A stretch of DNA of 64,000 nucleotides from an uncultured Acidobacteriota bacterium (GTDB lineage Bacteria; Acidobacteriota; Thermoanaerobaculia; Gp7-AA8): assembly GCA_963758195.1 (NCBI GenBank), contig CAVWUH010000002.1, positions 4,301,560-4,365,559 on the forward strand, written 5' to 3'. The translations under genes were made by a program, and so were the position numbers. The notes under the pieces are model-generated. The model worked only from the letters and a program-made list of their open reading frames with translations. It searched no databases and was not told where the DNA came from. Every line of letters starts with the position of its first letter. Position 1 is the stretch's first letter. Of this stretch, positions 7,999-19,536 are shown piece after piece.

Positions 7999-9780
7999 TC
8001 ACTTCGGGTCCAAGCCGGGTCGCCTCGGAATTACCCGGCCTTTCCCCTGCAGAGGCAAGTCTCCGGGAATCGGGAAGACCGCTCCGTTTTTCGCGATGAA
8101 GCAACGCTGCCCCGGGAGCGACTGCGCGGTTTGCGAATAGAAGGGCGTCTGATCGTGACCGCCGAGCCACGTGATGAACGTGCCGCGATCCTCCGTCAGG
8201 AGCCGGTAGTCGTACGCGATGCCGGAGTAGACGTAGCTGACGCGACATCCAAGGGCATCGACGCGCGAGAGCACGACGAGAGGATCGGCCTTGAACACCG
8301 TCGGCGCGGTCGGGTTGGCCATTACGTGAAACACCGAGCGCAGTACGAGCGCGCTGCTCGTAAAGGTCACGAGGCATGAGCCGAGTGCCAGCGCCGCGAA
8401 GGCGCGCTGCGCATTCCGGCCCGAGTCCCACCAGCGCAAACCCTCCAACGCGGCGAGGGCCAGCAACGGTCCAATCGCGGCGAGGAGATATCGCGATCGA
8501 AAGATGCCGTCGACGAACAACACCGCTGCCAGCGCGGAGACCACGACGCTGGCGAAGAGCGTGCGAACACCCCACGCGTTGGAGGGTGTGAGCTCGAGGT
8601 ACGCGACGACGTCGTTGCGGTGTCGCCACAGTGTCGAAGCAAGGAGCAACACGAGAGCGATCGCGAAGACGACTCCGGCCGGCTGCGCGTCAATGCCGAG
8701 GAGTCGAACGAGAACGGATGGCCCGTGGGCATTCAGTTCCTCGAGAGAGGTTCGCGGAGTCGGTTGCAGCGCCAGACCCGCGGAGTAGGCGAGCGGATAC
8801 AAGTCGAGCAGGTTGGCGATCCAGGCCGGAGCGGATCCGATTGCGAATCCCGCGGCGGTCTCGCCGAGTTTTCGAATCTCGCGCCACTCGTCCGGCGCGA
8901 GATGAACGGGTCGGACTTTCGACAGCAGAACGATCGTCCATGCGATGGCGAGAAGCGTGACTCCATCCGCCATCGGACCGAGCACGAACGGGAGCTTCGG
9001 AAAGCCAAGCAGATCGCCGGCCGTGTAGATGGCGATCAGCGCGAGACCGGCCCACTGCAGGATGAACACCAGAGCCTCGATGAGCCCGGGCAGTTTTCTT
9101 TGATTCCGCGTGAGAAGGAACGTCCGAATTCGCGCGAACAGAACGGAGCGCAGCGTTGCGACGATGAGCACGGCCGCGAGCGCGAACGCCATCGTTCGAT
9201 TCATCCACCAGCTGACTCCCACGACCGCGCCGAACAGGAGACGCCCTCGCATTGATGCGAGCCATCCGCGTCCCTCTTCGGCGGACCAATGTTGGGTGGC
9301 GATGGCGAGAATCGCTGCCCCAAGGAAGAAGGCCATCTCGTGCCCGAGAGGAAAGACCGACATGCTGAAGAGCTCGGGTGGCCCGACAGCCAACGCAAAC
9401 GCGAGGAGAAATGCAGCACGCCGATCGATTCGCGCTACGGACCACGCGAGAAGCGCGATGCCGCCGGCAACCTCGGTCATCGAGGCGAGTCGTACGGCAA
9501 GAGGCCAGGGCCAAGCCACCGCCAGTCTCGTGAGCGGAACAGCCCAGGCCGCGGTGATCATCGAGGTCAACGGTCCCAGATGTCCGACGCCCCAGCAGAA
9601 GACGTCGAATCCTCGACCGTCGAACATCTTCTTGCCCATCAGTGCGATGATCGATGTATCGACGTTCGTGCCGTCGATCTGGCCATTGCCTCGCAGGAGC
9701 GGCCAGCGAAGGGCTGTGAAGACGATGGCGATGGCAACCGAGGCGAGCAGCGCAAATCGGTTGGCCCTCGGCTCAGGCAT
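7999..9780 (-). CDS. Large polytopic membrane protein, possibly GT-C-type glycosyltransferase (weak)
   Basis: 593-aa intact ORF with many hydrophobic helices throughout. No motif firmly recognised. Confidence 0.4.
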   Translation of the reverse strand: MPEPRANRFALLASVAIAIVFTALRWPLLRGNGQIDGTNVDTSIIALMGKKMFDGRGFDVFCWGVGHLGPLTSMITAAWAVPLTRLAVAWPWPLAVRLASMTEVAGGIALLAWSVARIDRRAAFLLAFALAVGPPELFSMSVFPLGHEMAFFLGAAILAIATQHWSAEEGRGWLASMRGRLLFGAVVGVSWWMNRTMAFALAAVLIVATLRSVLFARIRTFLLTRNQRKLPGLIEALVFILQWAGLALIAIYTAGDLLGFPKLPFVLGPMADGVTLLAIAWTIVLLSKVRPVHLAPDEWREIRKLGETAAGFAIGSAPAWIANLLDLYPLAYSAGLALQPTPRTSLEELNAHGPSVLVRLLGIDAQPAGVVFAIALVLLLASTLWRHRNDVVAYLELTPSNAWGVRTLFASVVVSALAAVLFVDGIFRSRYLLAAIGPLLALAALEGLRWWDSGRNAQRAFAALALGSCLVTFTSSALVLRSVFHVMANPTAPTVFKADPLVVLSRVDALGCRVSYVYSGIAYDYRLLTEDRGTFITWLGGHDQTPFYSQTAQSLPGQRCFIAKNGAVFPIPGDLPLQGKGRVIPRRPGLDPK

Positions 9781-9894
9781 CGGCGCGAATCATACCGTCG
9801 GGATTGTTTTTCGGACTTCCCGCTGTTACCCTGACGCGCTCTGGAATGCCAGACGTGTATCGATTTACTGGTAACTGACTAAGGAGACAGGATT

Positions 9895-10164
9895 TTGTCG
9901 ACCACCAAGGAGCAGAAGTCGGAACTCATCAACTCGTATCGCGTCCATGACAGCGATACCGGGTCGCCAGAAGTGCAGATCGCACTCCTCTCGAACCGAA
10001 TCACTTATCTGACCGAGCACTTCAAGACGCACGCGAAAGACCATCACTCGCGCCGCGGACTGCTGAAGCTCGTCGGTCGCCGCCGTCGTCTTCTTGATTA
10101 TCTCAAGCAGACGGACGTGGAGCGGTACCGCTCGATCATCGATAAGCTCGGCATTCGTAAATAA
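9895..10164 (+). CDS. rpsO: 30S ribosomal protein S15 (TTG start)
   Basis: [78 protein letters not shown] upstream. Confidence 0.95.
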   Translation: MSTTKEQKSELINSYRVHDSDTGSPEVQIALLSNRITYLTEHFKTHAKDHHSRRGLLKLVGRRRRLLDYLKQTDVERYRSIIDKLGIRK

Positions 10165-10175
10165 GCGACCTGATC

Positions 10176-10212
10176 CCGGGGCGGGCCTCGCGCCCGCCCC
10201 ACGTGTTTTCAG
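10176..10212 (+). terminator. rpsO-distal GC hairpin plus short T tract (terminator/attenuator ahead of pnp)
   Basis: ccggggcgggc ctcgc gcccgcccc acgtgttttc. Confidence 0.5.
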
Positions 10213-10324
10213 GCTCAGAGCCTGCAAGCTTCACCCCCACGGCTGGATCCCATCGTTCGGCCCCAAGCGGACAATTCAACAGCCCGAGGTGATGAGTGGC
10301 CTCGCGGACAATCGAAGGGAATCC

Positions 10325-12688
<2,364 letters not shown>

Positions 12689-12710
12689 CGCGAACAAACA
12701 GCGAATCTCA

Positions 12711-12740
12711 AAGGCGGGCCGAAAGGCCCGCCTTTTTTTG
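12711..12740 (+). terminator. Intrinsic terminator
   Basis: aaaggcgggcc gaaa ggcccgcc ttttttt, 23 nt after the stop of the RGG-frame ORF (12688). Confidence 0.75.
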
Positions 12741-12752
12741 GCTACAGAGTTC

Positions 12753-12853
12753 GGGTTCACGCGGAGACGCGGAGACGCGGAGACGCGGAGACGCGGAGAC
12801 GCGGAGAGGAGGCAATTCTCTCCTCTCTGCTTTCTCCGCCTCTCCGCGTGAAA
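12753..12853. repeat. GTTCACGCGGAGAC palindromic repeat, copy a; left arm carries ~5 tandem GCGGAGAC octamers
   Basis: gggttcacgcggagac(gcggagac)x4 gcggagaggag gcaattc tctcctctctgctttctccgcctctccgcgtgaaac. Confidence 0.85.
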
Positions 12854-12874
12854 CGTTAGTTTTCGTTCGAGCTC

Positions 12875-12913
12875 TTGACACGATCAGAGCTATCGCATAA
12901 CCTATTAGTTATG
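12875..12913 (+). promoter_or_regulatory. Putative promoter (TTGACA-N17-TAACCT) with an overlapping inverted repeat GCATAAC-N6-GTTATGC; leaderless-type start
   Basis: ttgacacgatcagagctatcgcataacctattagttATGc. The -10 ends 7 nt before the ATG at 12911, and the palindrome spans the -10 and the start. This is the typical layout of an autoregulated ArsR operator. Confidence 0.45.
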
Positions 12914-13300
12914 CAACTGCAAGGTTATGGACGACCGAGTCCTGATCAACTGAACGCCACCTTTGCGGCGCTTGCCGATCCCACGCGGCGGGCGATTCTG
13001 GCGCGGCTCGCGTCGGGCGACGCTTCGGTGCTGGAGCTGGCCGAGCCGTTTGCGATGAGCCAGCCGGCGATTTCCAAGCACCTCAAAGTGCTCGAGCGCG
13101 CCGGTCTCGTTTCACGCGGCCGCGATGCGCAGCGACGCCCTTGTCGCCTCGAGGCCCAGCCGCTCGCGGAAGCGACCCAATGGCTGGAGACCTATCGCCG
13201 ATTCTGGGAAGCGTCGTTCGAGCGCCTCGATGCGTTGCTGGGCGAAATGAAGACGAGCGCGAAAAAGCGCGGACGCGCGAAGCGCGCCGCGAAGCGTTGA
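12911..13300 (+). CDS. ArsR/SmtB family transcriptional regulator
   Basis: FAALADPTRRAILARLASGDASVLELAEPFAMSQPAISKHLKVLERAGLV. Confidence 0.85.
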   Translation: MQLQGYGRPSPDQLNATFAALADPTRRAILARLASGDASVLELAEPFAMSQPAISKHLKVLERAGLVSRGRDAQRRPCRLEAQPLAEATQWLETYRRFWEASFERLDALLGEMKTSAKKRGRAKRAAKR

Positions 13301-13318
13301 AAGTTAAGGAGAGCACTG

Positions 13319-13798
13319 ATGAAGCAGACGTTGACGGTGACGACACCCTCGGATCGGGAGATTGCGATGACGCGTGTCTTCGACGCGCCTCGCAATCTGG
13401 TTTATGACGCCTACACGAAGCCGGAGTTGCTCAAGCGCTGGTTTGGCGTCCACAGCGGCTGGTCGCTCGTGGTCTGCGAGATCGATCTGCAGGTCGGCGG
13501 CAAGTATCGCTACGTGTGGCGCGGTCCTGACGGGATGGAGATGGGGTTGGGCGGCGTCTTCCGCGAGATCGTTCCCGGGGAGCGCGTCGTGGCCACCGAG
13601 GTCTTTGACCAGTCCTGGTACGAAGGGGAGGCCGTGGGAACGGTGACGTTCGTCGAAGAAGGTGGGAAGACGACGCTCACGATGTTGATGCGCTACGCAT
13701 CGAAAGAAATCCGCGATGCCGTGCTGCAGTCGCCGATGGAACAGGGTGTGGGCGCCGGCTTCGATGTTCTCGAAAAGTTGCTGGCGACGTTGGCCTGA
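13319..13798 (+). CDS. SRPBCC / AHSA1-like (Aha1 domain) protein
   Basis: REIAMTRVFDAPRNLVYDAYTKPELLKRWFG...GGKYRYVW. This is the usual partner gene downstream of ArsR. Confidence 0.8.
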   Translation: MKQTLTVTTPSDREIAMTRVFDAPRNLVYDAYTKPELLKRWFGVHSGWSLVVCEIDLQVGGKYRYVWRGPDGMEMGLGGVFREIVPGERVVATEVFDQSWYEGEAVGTVTFVEEGGKTTLTMLMRYASKEIRDAVLQSPMEQGVGAGFDVLEKLLATLA

Positions 13799-13816
13799 AC
13801 GACCGCGAGGACTTTC

Positions 13817-14575
13817 ATGCCTGCATCGGTGAAGAAGAAATCGAAGACGGTCGAGCCGGGCGCGACTCCGTCGATCGACGAGCAAGTGCAGTTCGCACTC
13901 GCTTCGCTCGAGAAGATGAGCACGCAGAAGTACTACGACAACATGAAGCGCTTCGGGATCACGACGGATAAGGCATTCGGCACCTCCGTCGCGGACATTC
14001 AGAAACTCGCCAAACGTCTGGGGCGCAGCCACGAGCTCGCGGCGGCGCTCTGGGAAACCGGCTGGTACGAAGCGCGGATGCTGACGGCGTTCGTCGATGA
14101 GCCGGAGCGCGTGACGCCGGCGCAGATGGATCGCTGGTGCCGCGACTTCGACAACTGGGGCATCTGCGACACGCTTTGTTTCAAGCTCTTCGATCACACG
14201 CCGCACGCGTGGGCCAAAGTCGCGCAGTGGAACGACAAGCGCGGCGAGTTCGTGAAACGCGCTGCTTACGCGCTGATCGCCAGTCTCGCCGCGCACGACA
14301 AGAGCGCGCCCGACGAACGCTTCCTCGAGAGCCTGGTTTTCATCGAGCGCGCCGCCGGCGACAATCGCAACTTCGTGAAGAAGGGGGTGAGCTGGGCGCT
14401 GCGCGCGCTCGGCCGGCGTAACGCAGCGCTTCACACTGCGGCGGTTGAAGTGGCGCGACGGCTCTCCGGAGCCGCGGCGCCGTCGGCGCGCTGGATCGGG
14501 AAGGACGCGTACCGCGAGCTCACGAATCCCAAAGTCATCCGCCAAATCGCAAATCGGAAAGGAAAGAAATCATGA
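13817..14575 (+). CDS. DNA alkylation repair protein (AlkD-like HEAT-repeat family)
   Basis: LWETGWYEARMLTAFVDEPERVTPAQMDRWCRDFDNWGICDTLCFKLF...KRGEFVKRAAYALIASLA...NFVKKGVSWALR. Confidence 0.75.
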   Translation: MPASVKKKSKTVEPGATPSIDEQVQFALASLEKMSTQKYYDNMKRFGITTDKAFGTSVADIQKLAKRLGRSHELAAALWETGWYEARMLTAFVDEPERVTPAQMDRWCRDFDNWGICDTLCFKLFDHTPHAWAKVAQWNDKRGEFVKRAAYALIASLAAHDKSAPDERFLESLVFIERAAGDNRNFVKKGVSWALRALGRRNAALHTAAVEVARRLSGAAAPSARWIGKDAYRELTNPKVIRQIANRKGKKS

Positions 14576-15009
14576 CCGCGAATGAACCACCCCGCAATCT
14601 TTGGCGCAGCACCGCCGCAATTTTCCTCGGCTTCATCGCCGTGGCCGCGCTCTCGCTCGGAACCGATCAGGTGCTCCACGTGCTGCACGTCTATCCGCCC
14701 TGGAAACAGCCGATGTGGGATCCAGGACTGAATCTCCTCGCGCTTGCGTATCGCTGCGTCTACACCGTCCTGGGCGGCTATCTCACCGCGAGGCTCGCGC
14801 CGCGCAATCCGATGCGCCACGTCTGGATCCTGACAACGATCGGCTTCGTCGTCGGCACGGCCGGCGCGATCGTCGCCGTCAGCGTGGCCGACCTCGGTCC
14901 GATCTGGTATCCGGTCGCGCTCGTGATCACCTCGGTGCCCTGTTGCTGGCTGGGCGGAGTGCTTTACCACCCGAAGAACGATCGCACGCTCCCGCAGCCT
15001 GCGCGCTGA
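14572..15009 (+). CDS. Small integral membrane protein (hypothetical)
   Basis: ATGA start/stop overlap with the upstream gene. About 4 hydrophobic helices. Confidence 0.5.
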   Translation: MTANEPPRNLWRSTAAIFLGFIAVAALSLGTDQVLHVLHVYPPWKQPMWDPGLNLLALAYRCVYTVLGGYLTARLAPRNPMRHVWILTTIGFVVGTAGAIVAVSVADLGPIWYPVALVITSVPCCWLGGVLYHPKNDRTLPQPAR

Positions 15010-15112
15010 ACGAAGGACATGACGATACGGTCGCCGAGTCGACAAGTCGTCGAGTGGTTTCATTCGCGAAGACTCGGCGACTCGAAGACTCGCCCCATAC
15101 AATGCGCGCTTC

Positions 15113-16414
15113 ATGAAGCGCATCGTCCTGACTTCGCTGGCGATCCTCGCGGTGCTTTACGCGATCGCGCAGACGTGGAAGAAGAACGAGCGCGCCGCGG
15201 GGCTCGACTTCTACAGCTACTTTGTCGCCGGGCAGCTTGCCGGACGCGCGGACGTCGACAACATCTACTCGCCGGAAGTGCAGGAGCGCGTTGGCGAGGA
15301 GTACTTCGAGCGCGCGCAACGCAGTGGATCAGAGCTGCGCAAGTACGACGCGCAGCGGCGGCGCAGACTCGACAACGTATCGAGTCCGTTTCTCTACACG
15401 ACGCTGCGGTGGGTGAGCCGCGACTACGATCGCGCACTGAAGCAGGACCACCTGCTTATCCTCGCCGCGTTCATCGCCGCCGTTCTGCTGATCGCGCGGA
15501 GAGTGCGACTCTCGTGGGCTTCGGCGTTCTTTTTGCTCGCCGGATTGCTTCTCTACTATCGCGGCTTCGAGGCTGACCTGCGCGTCGGCAACGTCAATTC
15601 GCTGCAGTTGTTCCTGCTCGCGATCGCCCTCTGGTCGCCTCCCGCGTTCGCCGGAGCAATTCTCGCCCTGCTCCTCTGCTTCAAACCGAACCTGATCTTC
15701 GTCGCGCTCCTCCTCGCGCTCGCGCACGATCGACGTCGCCTCCGTCTCGAGCTCCTCGGCGGGATCGGCGGCGCTCTCGTTGCCATCGTCGCCGGCGCGA
15801 TGAGCTACGGATCGCTGAACGTCTGGGTCCAGTGGATCACCGCCGCAAATCAGTTCTGGCATCGCATCCCGACCCGCATGGAGCGCAACGTGACGCCGGC
15901 CCTCGCGCTGTTTCAGGAGCACGGCGCATGGCCGAGTTATGCGATTGCCGCGTTGTTGTTCGTGAGTGCGGCGTGGGCGATTCTGGTCCCCTCTCTCCGC
16001 GTAGCGGGGAGAGGGGGGAGCGTAGCGACGGGTGAGGGGACGTGGCAGGATCGAGGAACGCCCCCTCACCCTGACCCTCTCCCCACCGCGATGAACCTGC
16101 GGCGGGGAGAGGGGACTGACGACTCCGACGTCCTCATCGCCGGCGTCGGAATTCTCATCTACCTGATGTCGGCAACGGTCGTCTGGCTGCACTACATGGT
16201 GTTGGTCGTGCCGATCGCCATCGCACTAATGCGTTGGCGCGCGACCGCGATCATCGCGCTGCTCGCGTTGGCGATGATCGCCGAGGTGCCGTACGAGAAG
16301 TTGATTGGCCAGCCGGCGGCGCCGATCGAGGCGATGTTGATCATGCCGGCGCTCGTCGCACTGTTCGCCGGCGCGGTGTGGAAGCTCTCACACCGCGACC
16401 CAGCCGCCGTCTGA
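15113..16414 (+). CDS. DUF2029/GT87-like polytopic membrane protein, carrying an in-frame repeat-element insertion
   Basis: GLDFYSYFVAGQLAGRADVDNIYS resembles the DUF2029 N-terminal motif. There are many TM helices, and TACAAT lies 9 nt upstream of the ATG. Confidence 0.55.
   Translation: MKRIVLTSLAILAVLYAIAQTWKKNERAAGLDFYSYFVAGQLAGRADVDNIYSPEVQERVGEEYFERAQRSGSELRKYDAQRRRRLDNVSSPFLYTTLRWVSRDYDRALKQDHLLILAAFIAAVLLIARRVRLSWASAFFLLAGLLLYYRGFEADLRVGNVNSLQLFLLAIALWSPPAFAGAILALLLCFKPNLIFVALLLALAHDRRRLRLELLGGIGGALVAIVAGAMSYGSLNVWVQWITAANQFWHRIPTRMERNVTPALALFQEHGAWPSYAIAALLFVSAAWAILVPSLRVAGRGGSVATGEGTWQDRGTPPHPDPLPTAMNLRRGEGTDDSDVLIAGVGILIYLMSATVVWLHYMVLVVPIAIALMRWRATAIIALLALAMIAEVPYEKLIGQPAAPIEAMLIMPALVALFAGAVWKLSHRDPAAV
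15988..16114. repeat. Triple-hairpin REP/MITE-like element inside the CDS (in frame)
   Basis: cccctctctccgc gtag cggggagagggg; ggtgaggggacg...cgccccctcacc; ccctctccccaccgc...gcggcggggagagggg. It is translated as PSLRVAGRGGSVATGEGTWQDRGTPPHPDPLPTAMNLRRGEGTDDSD between two TM segments. Confidence 0.7.
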
Positions 16415-17434
16415 CGCCGACTTGCGCGCGGCGTCCAGCACGCGCTGCTGCTGGAGACCGTCGTCGAACGTCGCCGCGGGTGCGAGCGCTGCGCGATCGC
16501 CCTCGTCGAGTGCCGCGCGTAGCGCGCGCCCGAGGTGGAGCGTGCCCGCGCCGAACGCCCCGCCGGGAGAATTGCCGGGACGCTTCTCGAGCGGACCTCC
16601 CGCGATTGCCTGGAACGGCGAGCCGCCCATCGACAGCAGCACCTCTTCGCCGAGGAAACGCATCGCGCCCTGCTCGCCGTGAATCGTCATCACCGCGGGC
16701 TCGTCGGGCGCCGAGGCAACGGCGCTGAAAGACATCGCGGCGACGGTGTGATCGCGCATGCGAAGTTGAATCGAGCCCAAGTCGTCGGACGTGACGGCGC
16801 GAGTCGAATCGCCGAACGGCCGCTGATCGATGATCGTCTTCAGCAGCGCCTGCACCGATTGCGGCTCCATACCGAAGTAGCGCAGCGCATCGACGAAATG
16901 CGAGCCGACCGCGCCCCAGATCCCGCCGCCGCGGTTCGCATCGCTCCACCAGTTCCACTCTCGCGAGCGATCGCCGCGCGCTGGACTCGAATAGCGAACC
17001 TCGGCATAGCGAACGTCGCCGATCTCGTTCATCCGAGTCCGCGCTTCGCGCCAGGAGGGGAGGAAGCGCAGCTCGTGATCGATGAGCGCGATTCGATCGG
17101 GATGCTTCTTCGCCGTCGCGACGAGTTGTTCCGCTTCTTCCCGATTGAGGGCAGTTGGTTTCTCGCAGAGGACATGTTTGCCGGCCTCGAGCGCCGCCGT
17201 CGCGATCTCGAGATGCTCGGAGGGAGGCGTCACGACGGAAACGAGATCGATGTTCTGATCGGCGATGATCGAGCGCCAGTTGTCGTGCGCGCGCACGCCG
17301 AGCTCGTCTGCGATGCTCTTCGATCGATTGGGGTTGGAGCCGGCGATCGCCGTCACCTCCAGCCCTGCCTCCCGGAACGTGGGCACCTGCACGCGGGCTC
17401 CCCAACCGGTCCCGACAATTCCGATTCGCGCCAT
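16388..17434 (-). CDS. Gfo/Idh/MocA family oxidoreductase
   Basis: MARIGIVGTGWGARVQVPTF...IDLVSVVTPPSEHLEIATAALEAGKHVLCEKP. Its 3' end overlaps the convergent gene by 27 nt. Confidence 0.85.
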   Translation of the reverse strand: MARIGIVGTGWGARVQVPTFREAGLEVTAIAGSNPNRSKSIADELGVRAHDNWRSIIADQNIDLVSVVTPPSEHLEIATAALEAGKHVLCEKPTALNREEAEQLVATAKKHPDRIALIDHELRFLPSWREARTRMNEIGDVRYAEVRYSSPARGDRSREWNWWSDANRGGGIWGAVGSHFVDALRYFGMEPQSVQALLKTIIDQRPFGDSTRAVTSDDLGSIQLRMRDHTVAAMSFSAVASAPDEPAVMTIHGEQGAMRFLGEEVLLSMGGSPFQAIAGGPLEKRPGNSPGGAFGAGTLHLGRALRAALDEGDRAALAPAATFDDGLQQQRVLDAARKSASDGGWVAV

Positions 17435-17451
17435 ATATGCCTTCCTTTCAC

Positions 17452-17490
17452 TTTCTGGCAGCTGCCTTGAGTTTCTGGCAGCTGCCTTGA
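17452..17490. repeat. Two tandem 20-bp units, each containing the palindrome GGCAGCTGCC, in a divergent promoter region
   Basis: tttctggcagctgccttga g tttctggcagctgccttga. Confidence 0.8.
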
Positions 17491-17502
17491 AATGGTCGAG
17501 GT

Positions 17503-17985
17503 ATGCGCCAGCGCCCCGATCTTATCGTTCCGGTGAAAGACCGGCGACAGCACAAGCGGTACCTGACGCTCAAGAACGCCGCGATTGCCGGTGCTGTGAT
17601 CTTCGTGCTGTTCCTCATCGTCTCCGTCCTTTCGGAAACGCGTCGCCCCGCTCCGAACGAGTACGGACGCCTCGCGAAACAGGAAACTCCGGTGAAGGTC
17701 GAGCAGAAACCGATGGACGTCGTGAGCGAAGACTCGCCGGCGATCGACGATCAGTCCTCCGCCGATCCGACGCTGGTCGAGCCGATGGCGCGCGAGCAGC
17801 AGTGGCTGGGCGACAACAGGACGACCAATGCGGCGGTGATTCAGCCCACGCCCGTGACCCCAGCGGCGACAGTGCACGGAGACAAAGTCGCCATCGTGGG
17901 TGGCCCCGGGGGAGTGACCCTCGTGCAGCAGAAGAAACGGCGTCCCGTTCTCGCCGGCGGGTTCGGACGAACCGACACGCAATAG
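17503..17985 (+). CDS. Hypothetical single-pass membrane protein
   Basis: 160-aa ORF with TM helix AIAGAVIFVLFLIVSVL. No family recognised. Confidence 0.4.
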   Translation: MRQRPDLIVPVKDRRQHKRYLTLKNAAIAGAVIFVLFLIVSVLSETRRPAPNEYGRLAKQETPVKVEQKPMDVVSEDSPAIDDQSSADPTLVEPMAREQQWLGDNRTTNAAVIQPTPVTPAATVHGDKVAIVGGPGGVTLVQQKKRRPVLAGGFGRTDTQ

Positions 17986-18037
17986 TCGTCTCTCCCTCCG
18001 CCGCGTCGCGTGAGATCGTCCCCTACAATGCACCGCA

Positions 18038-19483
18038 ATGAGCGAGATCATCTTCGGCACTGACGGCTGGCGTGCCGTGATTGCCGAGCAGTTCACTTTC
18101 GACAACGTTCGCCGTGTCGCCGATGCGATCGCCGTCGCCGCGCGCACGCTGAAACCGCCCGCGGACATCGACGCAAACGCGCTCCTCGTCGGCTACGACC
18201 GCCGCTTTCTCTCGCGCGAGTTTGCCGCGGTCGTGGCGGAGTGTTTGAGCAACGGCGGCTATCGCGTCATCGTGTCCGACCGCCCCACGCCGTCGCAAAC
18301 GATCTCCTTCACGGCGCGCCATCGAAAGGTCCTCGGCGGTGTGATGGTCACCGCCAGCCACAATCCGGCGCGCTACAACGGCCTCAAGTTCAAGGCCTGG
18401 TACGGCGGCTCCGCGCTCCCCGAGACCTATGCCGCGATCGCCGCGAACGTCGGAAAGCGCGACGTACGCGATGGAGGATCGCAATCCGAGGAAAACATCC
18501 TCGACGACTACATCGACGCGCTGCGGGCGCAACTCGATCTCGATCTGCTGAAGTGCGCGAAACTGGCGATTCTCCACGATCCCATCCACGGCGCCGGCGC
18601 GTCGATTCCTTCGAAGGTCCTCGGCATCGATTACGTCGGCGCGCAACGGATCCTCGATCGCAAGCAGCAGCCATTGAGCTCGACCGTCATCGACGGCATT
18701 CGCGGCGACGTCAATCCCGGTTTCGGTGGCGTGAATCCCGAGCCGATCCCGGAGAATCTTCGAGCCGCGCAGGACGTGATGCTCGCCGGCGAATACGATC
18801 TCGCCATCTGCAACGACGGCGACGCCGACCGCCTCGGCATCCTCGACGAGCGCGGCAACTTCGTCTCCCCGCACAAGATCATCTCGCTCCTTGCGCTCTA
18901 CCTCGTGCGCGAAGAGAAACGCAGCGGCGACATCGTGAAGACGTTCTCCACGACGCGGCTCATCGAGAAAGTCGCGGCGTCGCTCGGCGCGCGGCTGATC
19001 GAGACCCCGATCGGCTTCAAGTACGTCGCCGACGTCATGCTCAGCCGCGACGTTCTCATCGGCGGCGAGGAGAGTGGCGGCATCGGCTTCGGCCACTTCA
19101 TGCCCGAGCGCGACGGCCTTCTCTCCGGACTGCTGGTCGCCGAAGCGGTCGCGCATTACGCGCGTCCTCTCTCCGACATCATCGAACGCATGGAGAAAGA
19201 ATTCGGCGCGCTGCACTACGACCGCCGCGACGTGCATCGCCCCATGGAGCAGTGTGCACGCCTCATCGAGCGCGTGCGCGCCGGCGCGCTCGATGCCGCA
19301 TTCGGCAGGACCTTCGCGAATCGCGAGGAAACAGACGGCGTGAAGATGAACTTCACCGACGGCTCCTGGATCCTCTTCCGCAAATCCGGGACGGAGCCGA
19401 TCATCCGCATCTACTGCGAGAGCCCGGATGCGGCGAGTGTGCAGTCGATGCTGGATCGCGCGATCGAAGAACTGGATCGCTAG
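18038..19483 (+). CDS. Phosphomannomutase/phosphoglucomutase family protein
   Basis: IFGTDGWRA...GGVMVTASHNPARYNGLKF (active-site Ser loop)...AICNDGDADRLGILDE (Mg loop)...GGEESGG. Confidence 0.9.
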   Translation: MSEIIFGTDGWRAVIAEQFTFDNVRRVADAIAVAARTLKPPADIDANALLVGYDRRFLSREFAAVVAECLSNGGYRVIVSDRPTPSQTISFTARHRKVLGGVMVTASHNPARYNGLKFKAWYGGSALPETYAAIAANVGKRDVRDGGSQSEENILDDYIDALRAQLDLDLLKCAKLAILHDPIHGAGASIPSKVLGIDYVGAQRILDRKQQPLSSTVIDGIRGDVNPGFGGVNPEPIPENLRAAQDVMLAGEYDLAICNDGDADRLGILDERGNFVSPHKIISLLALYLVREEKRSGDIVKTFSTTRLIEKVAASLGARLIETPIGFKYVADVMLSRDVLIGGEESGGIGFGHFMPERDGLLSGLLVAEAVAHYARPLSDIIERMEKEFGALHYDRRDVHRPMEQCARLIERVRAGALDAAFGRTFANREETDGVKMNFTDGSWILFRKSGTEPIIRIYCESPDAASVQSMLDRAIEELDR

Positions 19484-19536
19484 ATTCGTGTTGTCGGTTG
19501 TCAGTTGTCGGTTGTCCGCGATGAACGGATTGCGCG

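Noticed and set aside
12760-12811. The tandem GCGGAGAC array (and other short tandem repeats) as a CRISPR array or minisatellite locus.
   Set aside because: The units are 7-8 nt with no spacers. The array is one arm of an inverted repeat, and no cas genes are present.
16388-16414. The 27-nt 3'-end overlap of the convergent DUF2029-like and oxidoreductase genes as a regulatory antisense device.
   Set aside because: Short convergent overlaps are common in compact high-GC genomes, and nothing in the sequence indicates a special function.
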